From a virus (Duplodnaviria > Heunggongvirae > Uroviricota > Caudoviricetes): a DNA stretch of 64,000 nucleotides. The stretch spans positions 42,086-106,085 of IMG/VR virus record IMGVR_UViG_3300037421_000080; one strand, 5' to 3'. The translations under genes and the position numbers were made by a program. The notes beneath the pieces were generated by a model. That model worked only from the letters and a program-made list of their open reading frames with translations. It searched no databases and was not told the origin of the DNA. Positions 1 through 9,373 of the stretch are shown here, piece after piece. Position 1 is the stretch's first letter; each line of letters starts with the position of its first letter.

Positions 1-1
1 C

Positions 2-247
2 ATGAGACTGAGCCTGTTCAGCCAGCAGCGTGGCCCGACTGGCGCTGGGGTCCAGACTAACTACAAGGAAGTAAGGTTCCCGGCGGTGTTTCTCGATGAG
101 GAGCCGTTTCGCTGGCCGCTGGGTACGGAGGCCAGCATTGTGGATATCAAGTGGCGAGCAGTCCCGTATACCCCGATGAACTTGTCGGGAGATGTTTCTG
201 CTCTCAGCTCCGGGGTCTATACCTGGCAGTACAATCCGACAAATTAA
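2..247 (+). CDS. 3' end of an upstream structural gene (partial; start outside window)
   Basis: Open frame from the window edge ending at TAA 245-247. Same strand and context as the tail genes. Confidence 0.35.
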   Translation: MRLSLFSQQRGPTGAGVQTNYKEVRFPAVFLDEEPFRWPLGTEASIVDIKWRAVPYTPMNLSGDVSALSSGVYTWQYNPTN

Positions 248-264
248 GGTAAGGAGATATACAC

Positions 265-891
265 ATGTCTGTTGCAGGAAGAGATTTTCAAATCCCAGGC
301 GAAAGTCTTGTATTCGTCAAAGGAAATGTTGTCTCCTACATCTCCGGTATGCTCGCCCTGGGCTTGGCGACTGACCAGATCACCGTCTCTCCGGAGTTCA
401 AGCATACGGATCTGGTGGTCAACGCCTGTGGCGAAGGCGTTCCCGATGTGCAGTGGATGCTGTCCGCCGTCAATATCTCGATGAATCTCATTCATTTTGA
501 CCAAACAGTCCTACAGGAGTGCATCCGCCTGTCGATGGGCGGGCAGGGGGCGATAGCTGCGCTAAATGCCGGGACCGATGGAACGATGGCACGGGCCGGT
601 CAGCGCCTGGGTGGAGGCTTCGCTAGGTTCGCCTCTGGGAATATGCTGATCGGACTCAATATCGTCTCTCCTGTTCAGGCCAATCCCTACCGTTTTCATT
701 ATTGCTACTTGGCTGGAACTCCAGTTGTGCTGCCCCTTGGGGTGGACGCGCAGGTGGCCCAATGCAATTGGAGATGTATACCATATTGCGTCGATCCGTT
801 TGGATCACTAAATGCTACCGACGGAACAACTAGCGGCACCGGTGCATTGGGATATAAGCTCTGGGATCATACGCTCGACGTGACGGTTTAG
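265..891 (+). CDS. putative major tail (tube) protein / major structural protein
   Basis: 208 aa. Very strong SD (AAGGAGAT, 7 nt spacer) and a hairpin immediately downstream. Position upstream of chaperone-frameshift and tape-measure genes. Function is positional inference only. Confidence 0.5.
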   Translation: MSVAGRDFQIPGESLVFVKGNVVSYISGMLALGLATDQITVSPEFKHTDLVVNACGEGVPDVQWMLSAVNISMNLIHFDQTVLQECIRLSMGGQGAIAALNAGTDGTMARAGQRLGGGFARFASGNMLIGLNIVSPVQANPYRFHYCYLAGTPVVLPLGVDAQVAQCNWRCIPYCVDPFGSLNATDGTTSGTGALGYKLWDHTLDVTV

Positions 892-906
892 TATAATCAA
901 CGGAAA

Positions 907-931
907 GAGGAACGGTCGTAACCCGTTCCTC
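907..931 (+). terminator. perfect 9-bp stem / 7-nt loop hairpin after the major tail gene (terminator/attenuator candidate; no U-tract)
   Basis: gaggaacgg-tcgtaac-ccgttcctc, 16 nt after the stop at 891. Confidence 0.3.
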
Positions 932-968
932 GATCCTAAACAACCTCTAGCTGAAAGGGAGCCAGAAG

Positions 969-1505
969 ATGTCTGAAAGCAATTATACCGAAATTCGATT
1001 TCGGAACCTAAAGTTTCTTGGATTTCCGAATCATGCGGTGGGGACAGATGCGAGTATTTGGTCGAAAGCGAAAAGATGGAAAGGCGGCAAGAAGTGGAAG
1101 AGGATGAAGATCAACAAGTGGGATAGGTATTGTACAGTGGTTTTGACCTATAAAGGGATCGAGAAAACATTCGGAGTCGCTGGCCTAGTTCTTCTTGCTT
1201 TTGTAGGGCCTAAACCGGAAGGCATGGTGATCAGACACTTTCCTGATCGAAACATAGAAAACAACTGCCTTGAGAATTTGAGCTACGGAACTCCGAAGCA
1301 GAATGGGGAAGACATGGTTGTCCACGGAATGAGCTTGAGGGGGGAGAAGAACCCCAAGGCAAAGTTGACTAAGGAAGAAGTTCTGGAGATACGTCAGCTC
1401 TATGCTACGGGCCGGTATTTTCAAAAGGATCTTGGCAAAAGGTTTGGGGTAGGTCAGGACATAATCAGCAGTATCCATCTGCGGAAGATTTGGAAGCATA
1501 TTTAG
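969..1505 (+). CDS. HNH homing endonuclease
   Basis: His-Me finger motif HFPDRNIENNCLENL...N. C-terminal NUMOD-like helix typical of phage HNH_3 endonucleases. Local GC clearly lower than the surroundings. Confidence 0.8.
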   Translation: MSESNYTEIRFRNLKFLGFPNHAVGTDASIWSKAKRWKGGKKWKRMKINKWDRYCTVVLTYKGIEKTFGVAGLVLLAFVGPKPEGMVIRHFPDRNIENNCLENLSYGTPKQNGEDMVVHGMSLRGEKNPKAKLTKEEVLEIRQLYATGRYFQKDLGKRFGVGQDIISSIHLRKIWKHI

Positions 1506-1514
1506 GAGATTTTC

Positions 1515-2036
1515 ATGTTCGGCTGGCTGAAGTCGTTGTTCCTCAAGGACCAGGATCGGTGGGATCTCTATTCTCCGAGAGAGAGACTCATCTATTCCTT
1601 CTCAGACGGCCGCACGATCCGCAAGGCTGACCCGATGGCCCTCTACAAGCGGTTCGCTGAGAAGTCGGTAGACCTCTCTGTTGCTTACAAGGTAGCGAAC
1701 TCCCTACATAAAGACGCCCCCAAGATGCATGACAAGCTGATGGAAGGATTGAGGGCAGTCTTCAGCCTGGAGCCGTACTCCGACAAGACGGGGGGCCTGA
1801 CAGATCCGGAGGTGGAAGACCTGTTCGGGCACTTCATGGCCTACTGCGAGCGGGTAAAAAAAAATTCCAAGATATCTGCGATTCCGTCAATGGCATCGAC
1901 GGATTCCGGGCCTACCTTGGCGTCCGAAGGCTCAGCTTCCTCCAGTTCTTTGCCTACTGGCTCAATCGGAGAAGGTCTGGATATCGCTTCTCCGACGCCG
2001 TCGCCACCGGAGTCGAAATCGCCCTCGGATCTTTAG
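1515..2036 (+). CDS. tail assembly chaperone (G-like; zero-frame product)
   Basis: Position between tail tube and tape measure. Contains slippery A_AAA_AAA. Zero-frame C-terminus is low-complexity S/P-rich. Confidence 0.5.
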   Translation: MFGWLKSLFLKDQDRWDLYSPRERLIYSFSDGRTIRKADPMALYKRFAEKSVDLSVAYKVANSLHKDAPKMHDKLMEGLRAVFSLEPYSDKTGGLTDPEVEDLFGHFMAYCERVKKNSKISAIPSMASTDSGPTLASEGSASSSSLPTGSIGEGLDIASPTPSPPESKSPSDL

Positions 2037-2139
2037 ATCCGGGTCTGGAGTTCTATCGTGCTGTATCCGATGGCGAGTCAGAGGCCATTCTGATGAAAGC
2101 AAAAAGAGACGCTGCTAGGATGGCGAGAAACAGAGGCTA
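1515..2139 (+). CDS. tail assembly chaperone GT-like fusion (join 1515..1861, -1 shift, 1862..2139)
   Basis: -1 frame from the slippery site ends at TAA 2137-2139, 5 nt before the tape-measure start. Classic G/GT arrangement. Confidence 0.45.
1856..1862 (+). other. -1 programmed ribosomal frameshift slippery heptamer A_AAA_AAA
   Basis: X_XXY_YYZ heptamer in frame of the 1515 ORF. The -1 frame stays open to 2139 and gives a natural-looking sequence (..FRAYLGVRRLSFLQFFAYWL..). Confidence 0.5.
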
Positions 2140-2143
2140 ATTT

Positions 2144-3454
2144 GTGGACTTTCCGGACCTTCTCAAGAAGCTGGAAGACTTCGGCAAGAAATTCGACAAT
2201 GGCGTCGAAAACCTTGCCAGGTTGTTCCTACACCCGGAGAAATTGTGGACTGGTCTTTCGTCTGGTCTGTCCAAGTTTAGTCACCAGGTAGGGCAGCATC
2301 TAGGAGGTGGCTCTGGTTTACCTCAACCTCAAGGAGGCTCTCAGGGTGGTGGGGCTCCCAATCTATGGGAGATCCTGAGGAGGGCGAATCCCAATCCGCA
2401 GCCGCCTCCGGATCCTTCCTACTTCAAGAAGCTGCTTGAGGGCTTTGGGAAGGCCATGCAGGCGACTCCAACAGAAAGGAGACAGCTTCGAGGAGCGGAG
2501 AAGGAGAGGGCTAATGCTGAATCGGAGGTGGAGCTAAGCCAGAAGAAGGTGAAGCATGCTCAGAAGTGGCTCGCTCGGGCTCAGTTGATCTCCCCCGAGC
2601 AGACGAAGTCTGCACAAGAGTCGCTGGAGCATCATCTAATAGGGCTGGATGAGGCCAAGTCAAAGGCGAAGAATGCACGTGATAATTATGCCCAGGCTCA
2701 AAGGTCCCAGTCCACCTTCGGGAAGATGGCGGGTAAGCTGGCCACAGGAGCAGAGTTCGCTACCCAGGCTGGCTTCGGTGGGATTGGTGGTTACCTTACG
2801 AAGCAGGCTACTTTTGCCCAGGCAGCCACGGGTGATCCGATGGCGATTGCCAGGTCTGCCGGAATTGCAATAGGGGGTGTGAGAGGCGCTGCCAAGGCTG
2901 GAGTTGGGGCAGCAACCAGCGAGCATGCGGACGAGGCGTTTGCTGGCGTGTTCAAGGGGTTGGATAAATTCTCGGATGCCTTGGGACCGGCTGGGCTGCC
3001 ATTAAAGGCGGTGGGGATGCTGGGAGAGGCTGTGTTCGGGACGGTTGGAAGTATTAGAGAGTGGGGAGACCATCTCCACCAGGCCAATATGCAGTTCGCG
3101 GAGTTCTCTGGAGGGATGGCTGCTATCCAAGCACAACAAACGGCAGCTGATATTGAATATTCTCAAAGACGTGGCGATGCTAGAGCAGCCTCTGCCGGGG
3201 TCCTTGCGAACCAGAGGAATGTGACTAGGAGCACCTGGGCTCCACTAGAGGATGCCTTTGCAGATTTCAAGAACAATTTGGGAGCAAAGCTTCTAAGCAT
3301 TATTGATGACATAGGAAGTGGAGTGAAAGCGATTCTGGACTTTCTACACATCCATCTGCCTCAGGAGGAGGCTTTGCCTGAATCGACCAGAGAGGCACTG
3401 ATGCGCCAGATGCAGGAGCTTCAGGATTTCGGCCTTGGCGGGGAGGAGGATTGA
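2144..3454 (+). CDS. tape measure protein (short, 436 aa)
   Basis: Follows the chaperone frameshift gene. Coiled-coil N-half and Gly/Ala-rich hydrophobic segment (GFGGIGGYLT...AIGGVRGAAKAGVGA) typical of TMPs. Confidence 0.5.
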   Translation: MDFPDLLKKLEDFGKKFDNGVENLARLFLHPEKLWTGLSSGLSKFSHQVGQHLGGGSGLPQPQGGSQGGGAPNLWEILRRANPNPQPPPDPSYFKKLLEGFGKAMQATPTERRQLRGAEKERANAESEVELSQKKVKHAQKWLARAQLISPEQTKSAQESLEHHLIGLDEAKSKAKNARDNYAQAQRSQSTFGKMAGKLATGAEFATQAGFGGIGGYLTKQATFAQAATGDPMAIARSAGIAIGGVRGAAKAGVGAATSEHADEAFAGVFKGLDKFSDALGPAGLPLKAVGMLGEAVFGTVGSIREWGDHLHQANMQFAEFSGGMAAIQAQQTAADIEYSQRRGDARAASAGVLANQRNVTRSTWAPLEDAFADFKNNLGAKLLSIIDDIGSGVKAILDFLHIHLPQEEALPESTREALMRQMQELQDFGLGGEED

Positions 3455-3455
3455 G

Positions 3456-4817
3456 ATGGCTTCTTTAATATATAACTCGGTGACTCTTCCCTATGTGGAT
3501 ACTGTCAATTTCAATGAAGTTGCCAGATCGGATGAAAGCAACACGGACTGGTACTTGACTGAGTTTGATATCCAGGTTCAATCCATTATCAGCCCCGCAT
3601 ACCTCTCTGTACTAGCCGCCGATGTATTTGGTTCTTTCTCAAATTCATCAAACCCCTGGAAAACGGCTGACTTGCTGGATATTTTGCGAGCACGCCTGTT
3701 GGAACGGAGACGGCCTTTCTCTTTTATTGTCAATGGTGTGAATGCCATTCCCCAGCCTCCTGTGGGCAATCGTGGTTCTGTGGACATAGACAATGGTCCG
3801 ATCCCTCAATCCTGCAATATCATCGCTCTTCCAGCTGGCAGCTTTCTGATCCAATATAGCATCAAAGCTTCTTATTGGGAGAACAACCTGAAATCGTCTG
3901 GTGTTCCCCACGTTACGAACATCAATGGCAATCCTATCCTGTACAACCGCTGGTCCGAATCCCAGACAATTGACAATTGCAACTATTCGACTTTCTCTCG
4001 GGAAGGGAAGTTTGTCATTAGATCAGACAACTCCGATGGGCAAGGGCCGGATTTTTACCGCAACAAAACATCGTTCCTCGGCATTCCTGATGGATGTGTG
4101 AGAGTCTCCTCTTACTACAAGCTTGACCCGAATGGCTTGGCGATGGACTATGCTATCACAGACAAGGAAGTCTACCGCAAGCCCCCCGACCCGGCCTCCG
4201 AAGCGAGAGGATGGGTCCAACAGGATCTGTCTCCATTTGGGGCGAAAAGGGTAATTACCTCCTACTGCTGGCTCAAAGGGAGCAAGACAGCAAACCAGGG
4301 TAGGCTAATGTCGAGAGCTATACGGCATTGCATGTCCAAGATTCTCTCCTGCACGTTCACTCCTGTGGTTATCCAAGAACCGGCTTTCCCTGGCGATCCG
4401 GGAACGACGAGGACTCATATAGCTAATCTCATCCCCATCCGGGATGTCATCAAGGCAGACACTTTTGAGAACATTGTGGAATGCACTTTGTCGGTGCTGG
4501 CCACTATCACGGTGCCTCCTGGAGTGGCTGTAAATAGATTGCTGGGGGGATTGGATCTTTCTGTCTCCGATGTACATGGAGGTCAAGGGATGTGTAGTCC
4601 ACCTAGAGATGACGACCCAGATTATCTTCCAATCATTGGCCAGTACGGAACTTACCAATTAGCGCAGAATATAGTCGGCGGAGTGTTACAAGCGGCGGCC
4701 TATTGGGATCCCTCTTTGAATAACTTTGTATCTGCATCCCAGAGGAAAGTGGTAGGCACAAATGTGTTCGTTCCTGGACAGCTAGGCAAAGTAGCAGATT
4801 CACGAAGGACTGGTTGA
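3456..4817 (+). CDS. tail protein (distal tail/baseplate candidate)
   Basis: ATG at 3456 with GGAGGA SD right after the TMP stop. The ORF-track start at 3435 overlaps the TMP. No family recognised. Confidence 0.5.
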   Translation: MASLIYNSVTLPYVDTVNFNEVARSDESNTDWYLTEFDIQVQSIISPAYLSVLAADVFGSFSNSSNPWKTADLLDILRARLLERRRPFSFIVNGVNAIPQPPVGNRGSVDIDNGPIPQSCNIIALPAGSFLIQYSIKASYWENNLKSSGVPHVTNINGNPILYNRWSESQTIDNCNYSTFSREGKFVIRSDNSDGQGPDFYRNKTSFLGIPDGCVRVSSYYKLDPNGLAMDYAITDKEVYRKPPDPASEARGWVQQDLSPFGAKRVITSYCWLKGSKTANQGRLMSRAIRHCMSKILSCTFTPVVIQEPAFPGDPGTTRTHIANLIPIRDVIKADTFENIVECTLSVLATITVPPGVAVNRLLGGLDLSVSDVHGGQGMCSPPRDDDPDYLPIIGQYGTYQLAQNIVGGVLQAAAYWDPSLNNFVSASQRKVVGTNVFVPGQLGKVADSRRTG

Positions 4818-5440
4818 TGCCTATTTTTCCGTCTCTTAACAGCGGTGTGCAGGCAGCTCCGCCGGCTGTTGGAGTAAAAGCTGCTGAAGTCAGTGTAGGC
4901 AAAGTCACAAATAGTGACATTGGGTTGGGAACCTATCCGAGCGTGATGGCCGCCGACCCTGGTCTTCATCCAGACTATGATATCTATTCGAGGTATGTCA
5001 AGGACAGGCATCGTTGGTATGGAGGAGTATCCTCACCAGGTGGTTTCCAGGGGAACTCCGCTGTGGTATTCCAACTGGCGGCACCAAAGCTTTTCTGGAT
5101 TTGTTATTGGACTGGATTGAAGGTGGGATACCAGCCCAAGATTCCTGACATTGTCCCTGTCGATCCAAAGTGGGTATTGATAGACGAAGAGTACACTTTG
5201 CACAATGTGGATACGGCGGGAAATGACTTCTCTCCGCTGTACCGGATCAGCGGGGTCTATATGTATGGTCACTTGAGTCCGGACCCGGAGACATTGAACA
5301 ATGCTCGATTTGGGATTCCGCCTTACTTGGCGAACGTATTTGATCGTACAATGCCTGTAACTTTGCGAACTGCGAATTTGATAGACGGAACAGCTACCTC
5401 GAAAATTCCAGGATTAGGAACTGTCGGCCTCGCGAAATAG
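4814..5440 (+). CDS. hypothetical tail-module protein
   Basis: Start overlaps the preceding stop (TGATG). 208 aa. Confidence 0.5.
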   Translation: MMPIFPSLNSGVQAAPPAVGVKAAEVSVGKVTNSDIGLGTYPSVMAADPGLHPDYDIYSRYVKDRHRWYGGVSSPGGFQGNSAVVFQLAAPKLFWICYWTGLKVGYQPKIPDIVPVDPKWVLIDEEYTLHNVDTAGNDFSPLYRISGVYMYGHLSPDPETLNNARFGIPPYLANVFDRTMPVTLRTANLIDGTATSKIPGLGTVGLAK

Positions 5441-5452
5441 AGGAGATAGATT

Positions 5453-6802
5453 ATGGCTACTAATAGATGGCTTGGCGGAGCGCCCCTCAATGCTCAGGTG
5501 AATCAATATGCAATCAGCGGCACTGGTGGAGGCACCGGGTTCACTGCCGGGGACCAGGTCACGTTCACCTATCTCAACGTTAATTACCCTAGTAACTCCA
5601 TAGCTTTCCCCTATACTTTGTCTACCGCCGATGTTGCGACTATTGGGGCCGTGATTTCCGGCCTGATGGTTGCCTACAACACTCTTCCTGCAGCCAACTA
5701 CCCCCAGTTCACGGAGCAGATTGCTAGCGGTTGGCAGTCTAGCGGAACCCTTCTCCTGATCGCCAACACGCCGGGCAAGCAATTCCGCTGCAATATATCC
5801 ACCAATAGCGCCACTGGAAAGATAGACAGGGTCGCGTCCTCCTCCGGAACACTCTTGACTCTCAATCAAGGGCCAAATGACTACGCCGTCAGCGGAAACT
5901 GGTCGCTGGGCGCTTATCCTGTTTCCGGCTCCGTGGTCGTGCTGGACCAGCCTGGAGCAATCAAGTACAATCTGGAGGCATCCTCGGGTGTTGTGTTTTC
6001 CGGGCTGGCTATCTTGCCAGGATTCTCCGCTGCTGGGAACTCCCAGCTTGGCTTGCTTCAGGTGAACGTCGATAACTCCCCCTATACCTATCCCGAGTAC
6101 CGCTCCACTTATCTGCGAGCGAACATGCAGATCCTGACCGTGAATACCGACGCTACACTCATGCGGATCGACCTGCAATCTGGATATGCGCCAGGTCCGG
6201 TGTCGGGGGCCTGCCTCGCGACCATCCTCAACACAGGGACGGGAACGGAGGCCAATCCAAACATGGAAGCTCTAGCCCTCAAGGGTCCCAATATATGGAA
6301 CACGATGAATGTGCTTGGTGGACAGGTGGGGAGTTGTGTTCTGGAAGGGGAGATCGCTGGCTTCTCCAATCTTCTAGTAGATGGTGGGGCAGCCGTCCGC
6401 TGCGGCGATGGCGTGACTTTCACCACTCCGGGGCTTGTAACGGTCAATAGTGGCTCTCTCCAGATCAATTCAGCAGCAGCTTCTGTGATTGTCAATGGCG
6501 GTAGCGTGATTGTTGCTGGGGTTGGGGCATACACCACGATCAGTGTCTGGGCCAATAGCACGTTGGCCTATGCTGCAACAGGCGTTATCACTACCCTGAA
6601 TGTCGCGGGAGCTGTTACGATCTCCCCGCCGCAGGCAACTAACGTGGTGGTCACTAATACCAACTTGTATGGTGCTGGCAGCTTGACCTACAACAGCCAC
6701 TTTGTAACGCTCACAAATCCAGCCAAGCTGGTAGGCACGAGCTTGCAGCAGTTTACTCTCAATATCGGAATCAATGCCTCTGTCCAGACGGCTGGACTGT
6801 GA
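5453..6802 (+). CDS. tail fiber/spike-like protein (beta-helix-like repeats)
   Basis: AGAGGAG SD. Repetitive Thr/Val/Gly/Asn-rich strands (..VTISPPQATNVVVTNTNLYGAGSLTYNS..) typical of beta-helical receptor-binding proteins. Confidence 0.5.
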   Translation: MATNRWLGGAPLNAQVNQYAISGTGGGTGFTAGDQVTFTYLNVNYPSNSIAFPYTLSTADVATIGAVISGLMVAYNTLPAANYPQFTEQIASGWQSSGTLLLIANTPGKQFRCNISTNSATGKIDRVASSSGTLLTLNQGPNDYAVSGNWSLGAYPVSGSVVVLDQPGAIKYNLEASSGVVFSGLAILPGFSAAGNSQLGLLQVNVDNSPYTYPEYRSTYLRANMQILTVNTDATLMRIDLQSGYAPGPVSGACLATILNTGTGTEANPNMEALALKGPNIWNTMNVLGGQVGSCVLEGEIAGFSNLLVDGGAAVRCGDGVTFTTPGLVTVNSGSLQINSAAASVIVNGGSVIVAGVGAYTTISVWANSTLAYAATGVITTLNVAGAVTISPPQATNVVVTNTNLYGAGSLTYNSHFVTLTNPAKLVGTSLQQFTLNIGINASVQTAGL

Positions 6803-6808
6803 TGAACC

Positions 6809-9373
6809 ATGCCAAATGCTCCTCCTTCGTTTCTGTTGACCTTCGCCGGCGTGCCCTTCGTTGCCGACAAGCCCACCAATTTCAATCTTGATATGGTGGA
6901 GGCATACCGTCGCCCAGACCAGGAGCCGGATCTTACCCACACTATCTCCCAGGATCTCATCGAGGAGATCGAGCGCCTTCTGAATACCCGTTACTTTCAG
7001 GACGTAATCGCGGAAGACAGTCGGCCTGGTGCTCCTCTGGATACTCTGGCAACCAGGGCTCCGGCCTATGAGCGAAATCCGTCTGACATCCACATTGGGG
7101 ACTGGTTCTACCCGACGGGTGCTCTCCGCTGGTCCACGTTCCGGGGCCTGATGACTTCCTCTCAGGTCAAGGCAGTTCTACAAGCCACTTGGGGCTCTCC
7201 CCTCAATACCCAATCCTCCTTGCAGGCTCCTGGCGGCCTGTTTGTGATGAACTTCTCCACACAGGGGCCTCCCCTTGCTCTGCCTCCGGGGAATACAATC
7301 CCGGTGCAGGGTTACTCCATCTCCTCCCCGATGTATATGCTTCCGCCCCGACCTCTGGGGGAACAAGGGACTACACTGAGTCAGGCTATCAAGGGCGGCG
7401 GAAGTCTGGATGGCCTCTACCTCATTACACTAGTTGATGAGCGTTACTTCTGGCGTCGACACCCGATCTCCTTCGACATCGACCAGAACTTCACATGGGC
7501 TGGAGTCCTCAAGACCATAGCGAACACTTTGGGGATTTCCCTATCCTATCAGTCCATTCCTGCTGCCTATGGGAGACCTGAGTCCGACTCCCAGCTTGAT
7601 GTCTCCTACGGCCCAGCCCCGGTGCTTCTCAACGCTATTGCCTGCACTCTTGGCTTGGTGCTGGTGCGGAGCTTGAATGCGACCTACCAGTTAATGTCCG
7701 CTCCGACCAGCTACAAGATCCTCCAGGCTAATCGAGGGCTAGCCCAGAACGTGGTGCGGGATGCAGGCGGAGATATCTTCGCTTCCGGAACTCTCTTGCC
7801 CGCTGGAGATTTGACCTACTCTCGTAATGCGATCATCCCCTCTTCTGTCAAGGTCACGTTCCCGATCTATGTTTACACGGATCAGAGTGGAGGCACGATA
7901 ACCCAGGGCGGTGGAGGAGCAGGACAGATAGGCCCGGTCCCTCACTACATGAATCCCCGCTATCAGAATCAGAGGCAGACAGTCTGGTGGGAGGATGACT
8001 ACGGTGGGAACTATACAGTCGATGTCCCTCTGCTCTCCGGGGGCTTGCAGTTCGCTCCCTACTATCTGCCTATTTCTGGAGTCTTCAATTCTGGCCTGAT
8101 CGGGGTTCTGGATGTAGCCAATGCCTTCTCCGGAGGGATCGTCAGCGGCGGCTCCTGGACGAACATATCCGGCGGAGCTAATACGACCACAACCTGGAGA
8201 CCGATCCAGACGATCTCCACGACTGCCAAGGCTCTCTACTCAGGCGAGACGGCTCCTACTCCCGTCAACGCCAGTGGGTTGATTGCAGCCGCAATGCAGG
8301 TCGCCCAGGACTTCTACGGCTGGCAAGCTGGCGTGGCCCTGGACGAAGCCTACCCTGGCACGGTCGCGTGGCAGCCAGAGGGTGGGCACGATATCCTCTG
8401 GCAATGGTCTGAGCGGGAGAACCGAGTCTGTACCCGTGTGTTCAAGGCTCCCTGGAACCAATACCCGTCCCAGCTCCAGTTCTCTCACGCCGAGCTAGTG
8501 AGCGGGCAGGCTGCGAGCGGAAGCCTGGTTCCCTACACCACGATACCTGGAGGCGTTGGGGGTCGGTCTGTGGCCCAGACGTGGCGGGACGCCCCCGCGT
8601 TTGCCAGCGGGGCGCCTACCACGCCCCTGATCGGAGGCAGCGGAAACATCGCCGCCCACGGGGCCGCCCTGGCGATGGCCAGCGGGGACTACTTCGCCTA
8701 CTTCGAGTCCCTTGACAAGTTCCCCACTCAGAACCGCTGGAAGGGCTGGGTCGGCAACGAGAAAATCCTGTTTGAGGGGACCTCCGGGCAGGGGGCGGAT
8801 CCGGGGCTCGGGGCCAACCCGATCCTCAGCGGCTACGGCTACAGGGTCAATATCGTGCAGAGGGGCATCGACGGGACGGTCCAGGTCCCGCACCTCGGGG
8901 CCGGGACAGTCAGCCAGACTATCCACGAGTATGTCACGCAGGCTCTGCCCGACACGGCCTACGGGGTTAACCTGGTCTCCCTGGAGCCCGGCCTGTTCGC
9001 CTACCCGCAGGAGGCGACCAGCGGGGGCATCGCCGGGGTGCGCATCGTTTGCCCCAGCCAGGTCGTCAAGGTCTGCGACGGGGTCGGGTTCACCCTGAGC
9101 GGCATCACCTACTACTCGGGCCGGGTGCAGAGGTTCGACTCCGTCCAGACCAGCGGGAACCAGTTTCTGAGCGGGGAGCTCTGCTGGGTGCTAGATGTCA
9201 TGTACAACCCCCTGAGCTCGGGACGGAACTATGTGGGTAAGATGTCCGACTACTTCGGGTTCACCAAGAGCGCTCCAGGCAAGAACGTGCCGACGGCTCC
9301 ACTCTACCTGGTTCAGCACGGGGTGATGAACGTCATCTGCGACGTGACCAGCGGATTGGTTGTGTTTCAATAA
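6809..9373 (+). CDS. large tail/baseplate protein (854 aa)
   Basis: Long ORF in the tail module. No family recognised. Confidence 0.55.
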   Translation: MPNAPPSFLLTFAGVPFVADKPTNFNLDMVEAYRRPDQEPDLTHTISQDLIEEIERLLNTRYFQDVIAEDSRPGAPLDTLATRAPAYERNPSDIHIGDWFYPTGALRWSTFRGLMTSSQVKAVLQATWGSPLNTQSSLQAPGGLFVMNFSTQGPPLALPPGNTIPVQGYSISSPMYMLPPRPLGEQGTTLSQAIKGGGSLDGLYLITLVDERYFWRRHPISFDIDQNFTWAGVLKTIANTLGISLSYQSIPAAYGRPESDSQLDVSYGPAPVLLNAIACTLGLVLVRSLNATYQLMSAPTSYKILQANRGLAQNVVRDAGGDIFASGTLLPAGDLTYSRNAIIPSSVKVTFPIYVYTDQSGGTITQGGGGAGQIGPVPHYMNPRYQNQRQTVWWEDDYGGNYTVDVPLLSGGLQFAPYYLPISGVFNSGLIGVLDVANAFSGGIVSGGSWTNISGGANTTTTWRPIQTISTTAKALYSGETAPTPVNASGLIAAAMQVAQDFYGWQAGVALDEAYPGTVAWQPEGGHDILWQWSERENRVCTRVFKAPWNQYPSQLQFSHAELVSGQAASGSLVPYTTIPGGVGGRSVAQTWRDAPAFASGAPTTPLIGGSGNIAAHGAALAMASGDYFAYFESLDKFPTQNRWKGWVGNEKILFEGTSGQGADPGLGANPILSGYGYRVNIVQRGIDGTVQVPHLGAGTVSQTIHEYVTQALPDTAYGVNLVSLEPGLFAYPQEATSGGIAGVRIVCPSQVVKVCDGVGFTLSGITYYSGRVQRFDSVQTSGNQFLSGELCWVLDVMYNPLSSGRNYVGKMSDYFGFTKSAPGKNVPTAPLYLVQHGVMNVICDVTSGLVVFQ

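Noticed and set aside
250-267. T7-like phage or expression-vector contamination suggested by the pET-like RBS
   Set aside because: Gene content (DnaB, clamp loader, DnaN-like clamp, split PolA, SbcCD) and GC content are unlike T7 or vectors. The similarity is limited to 17 nt.
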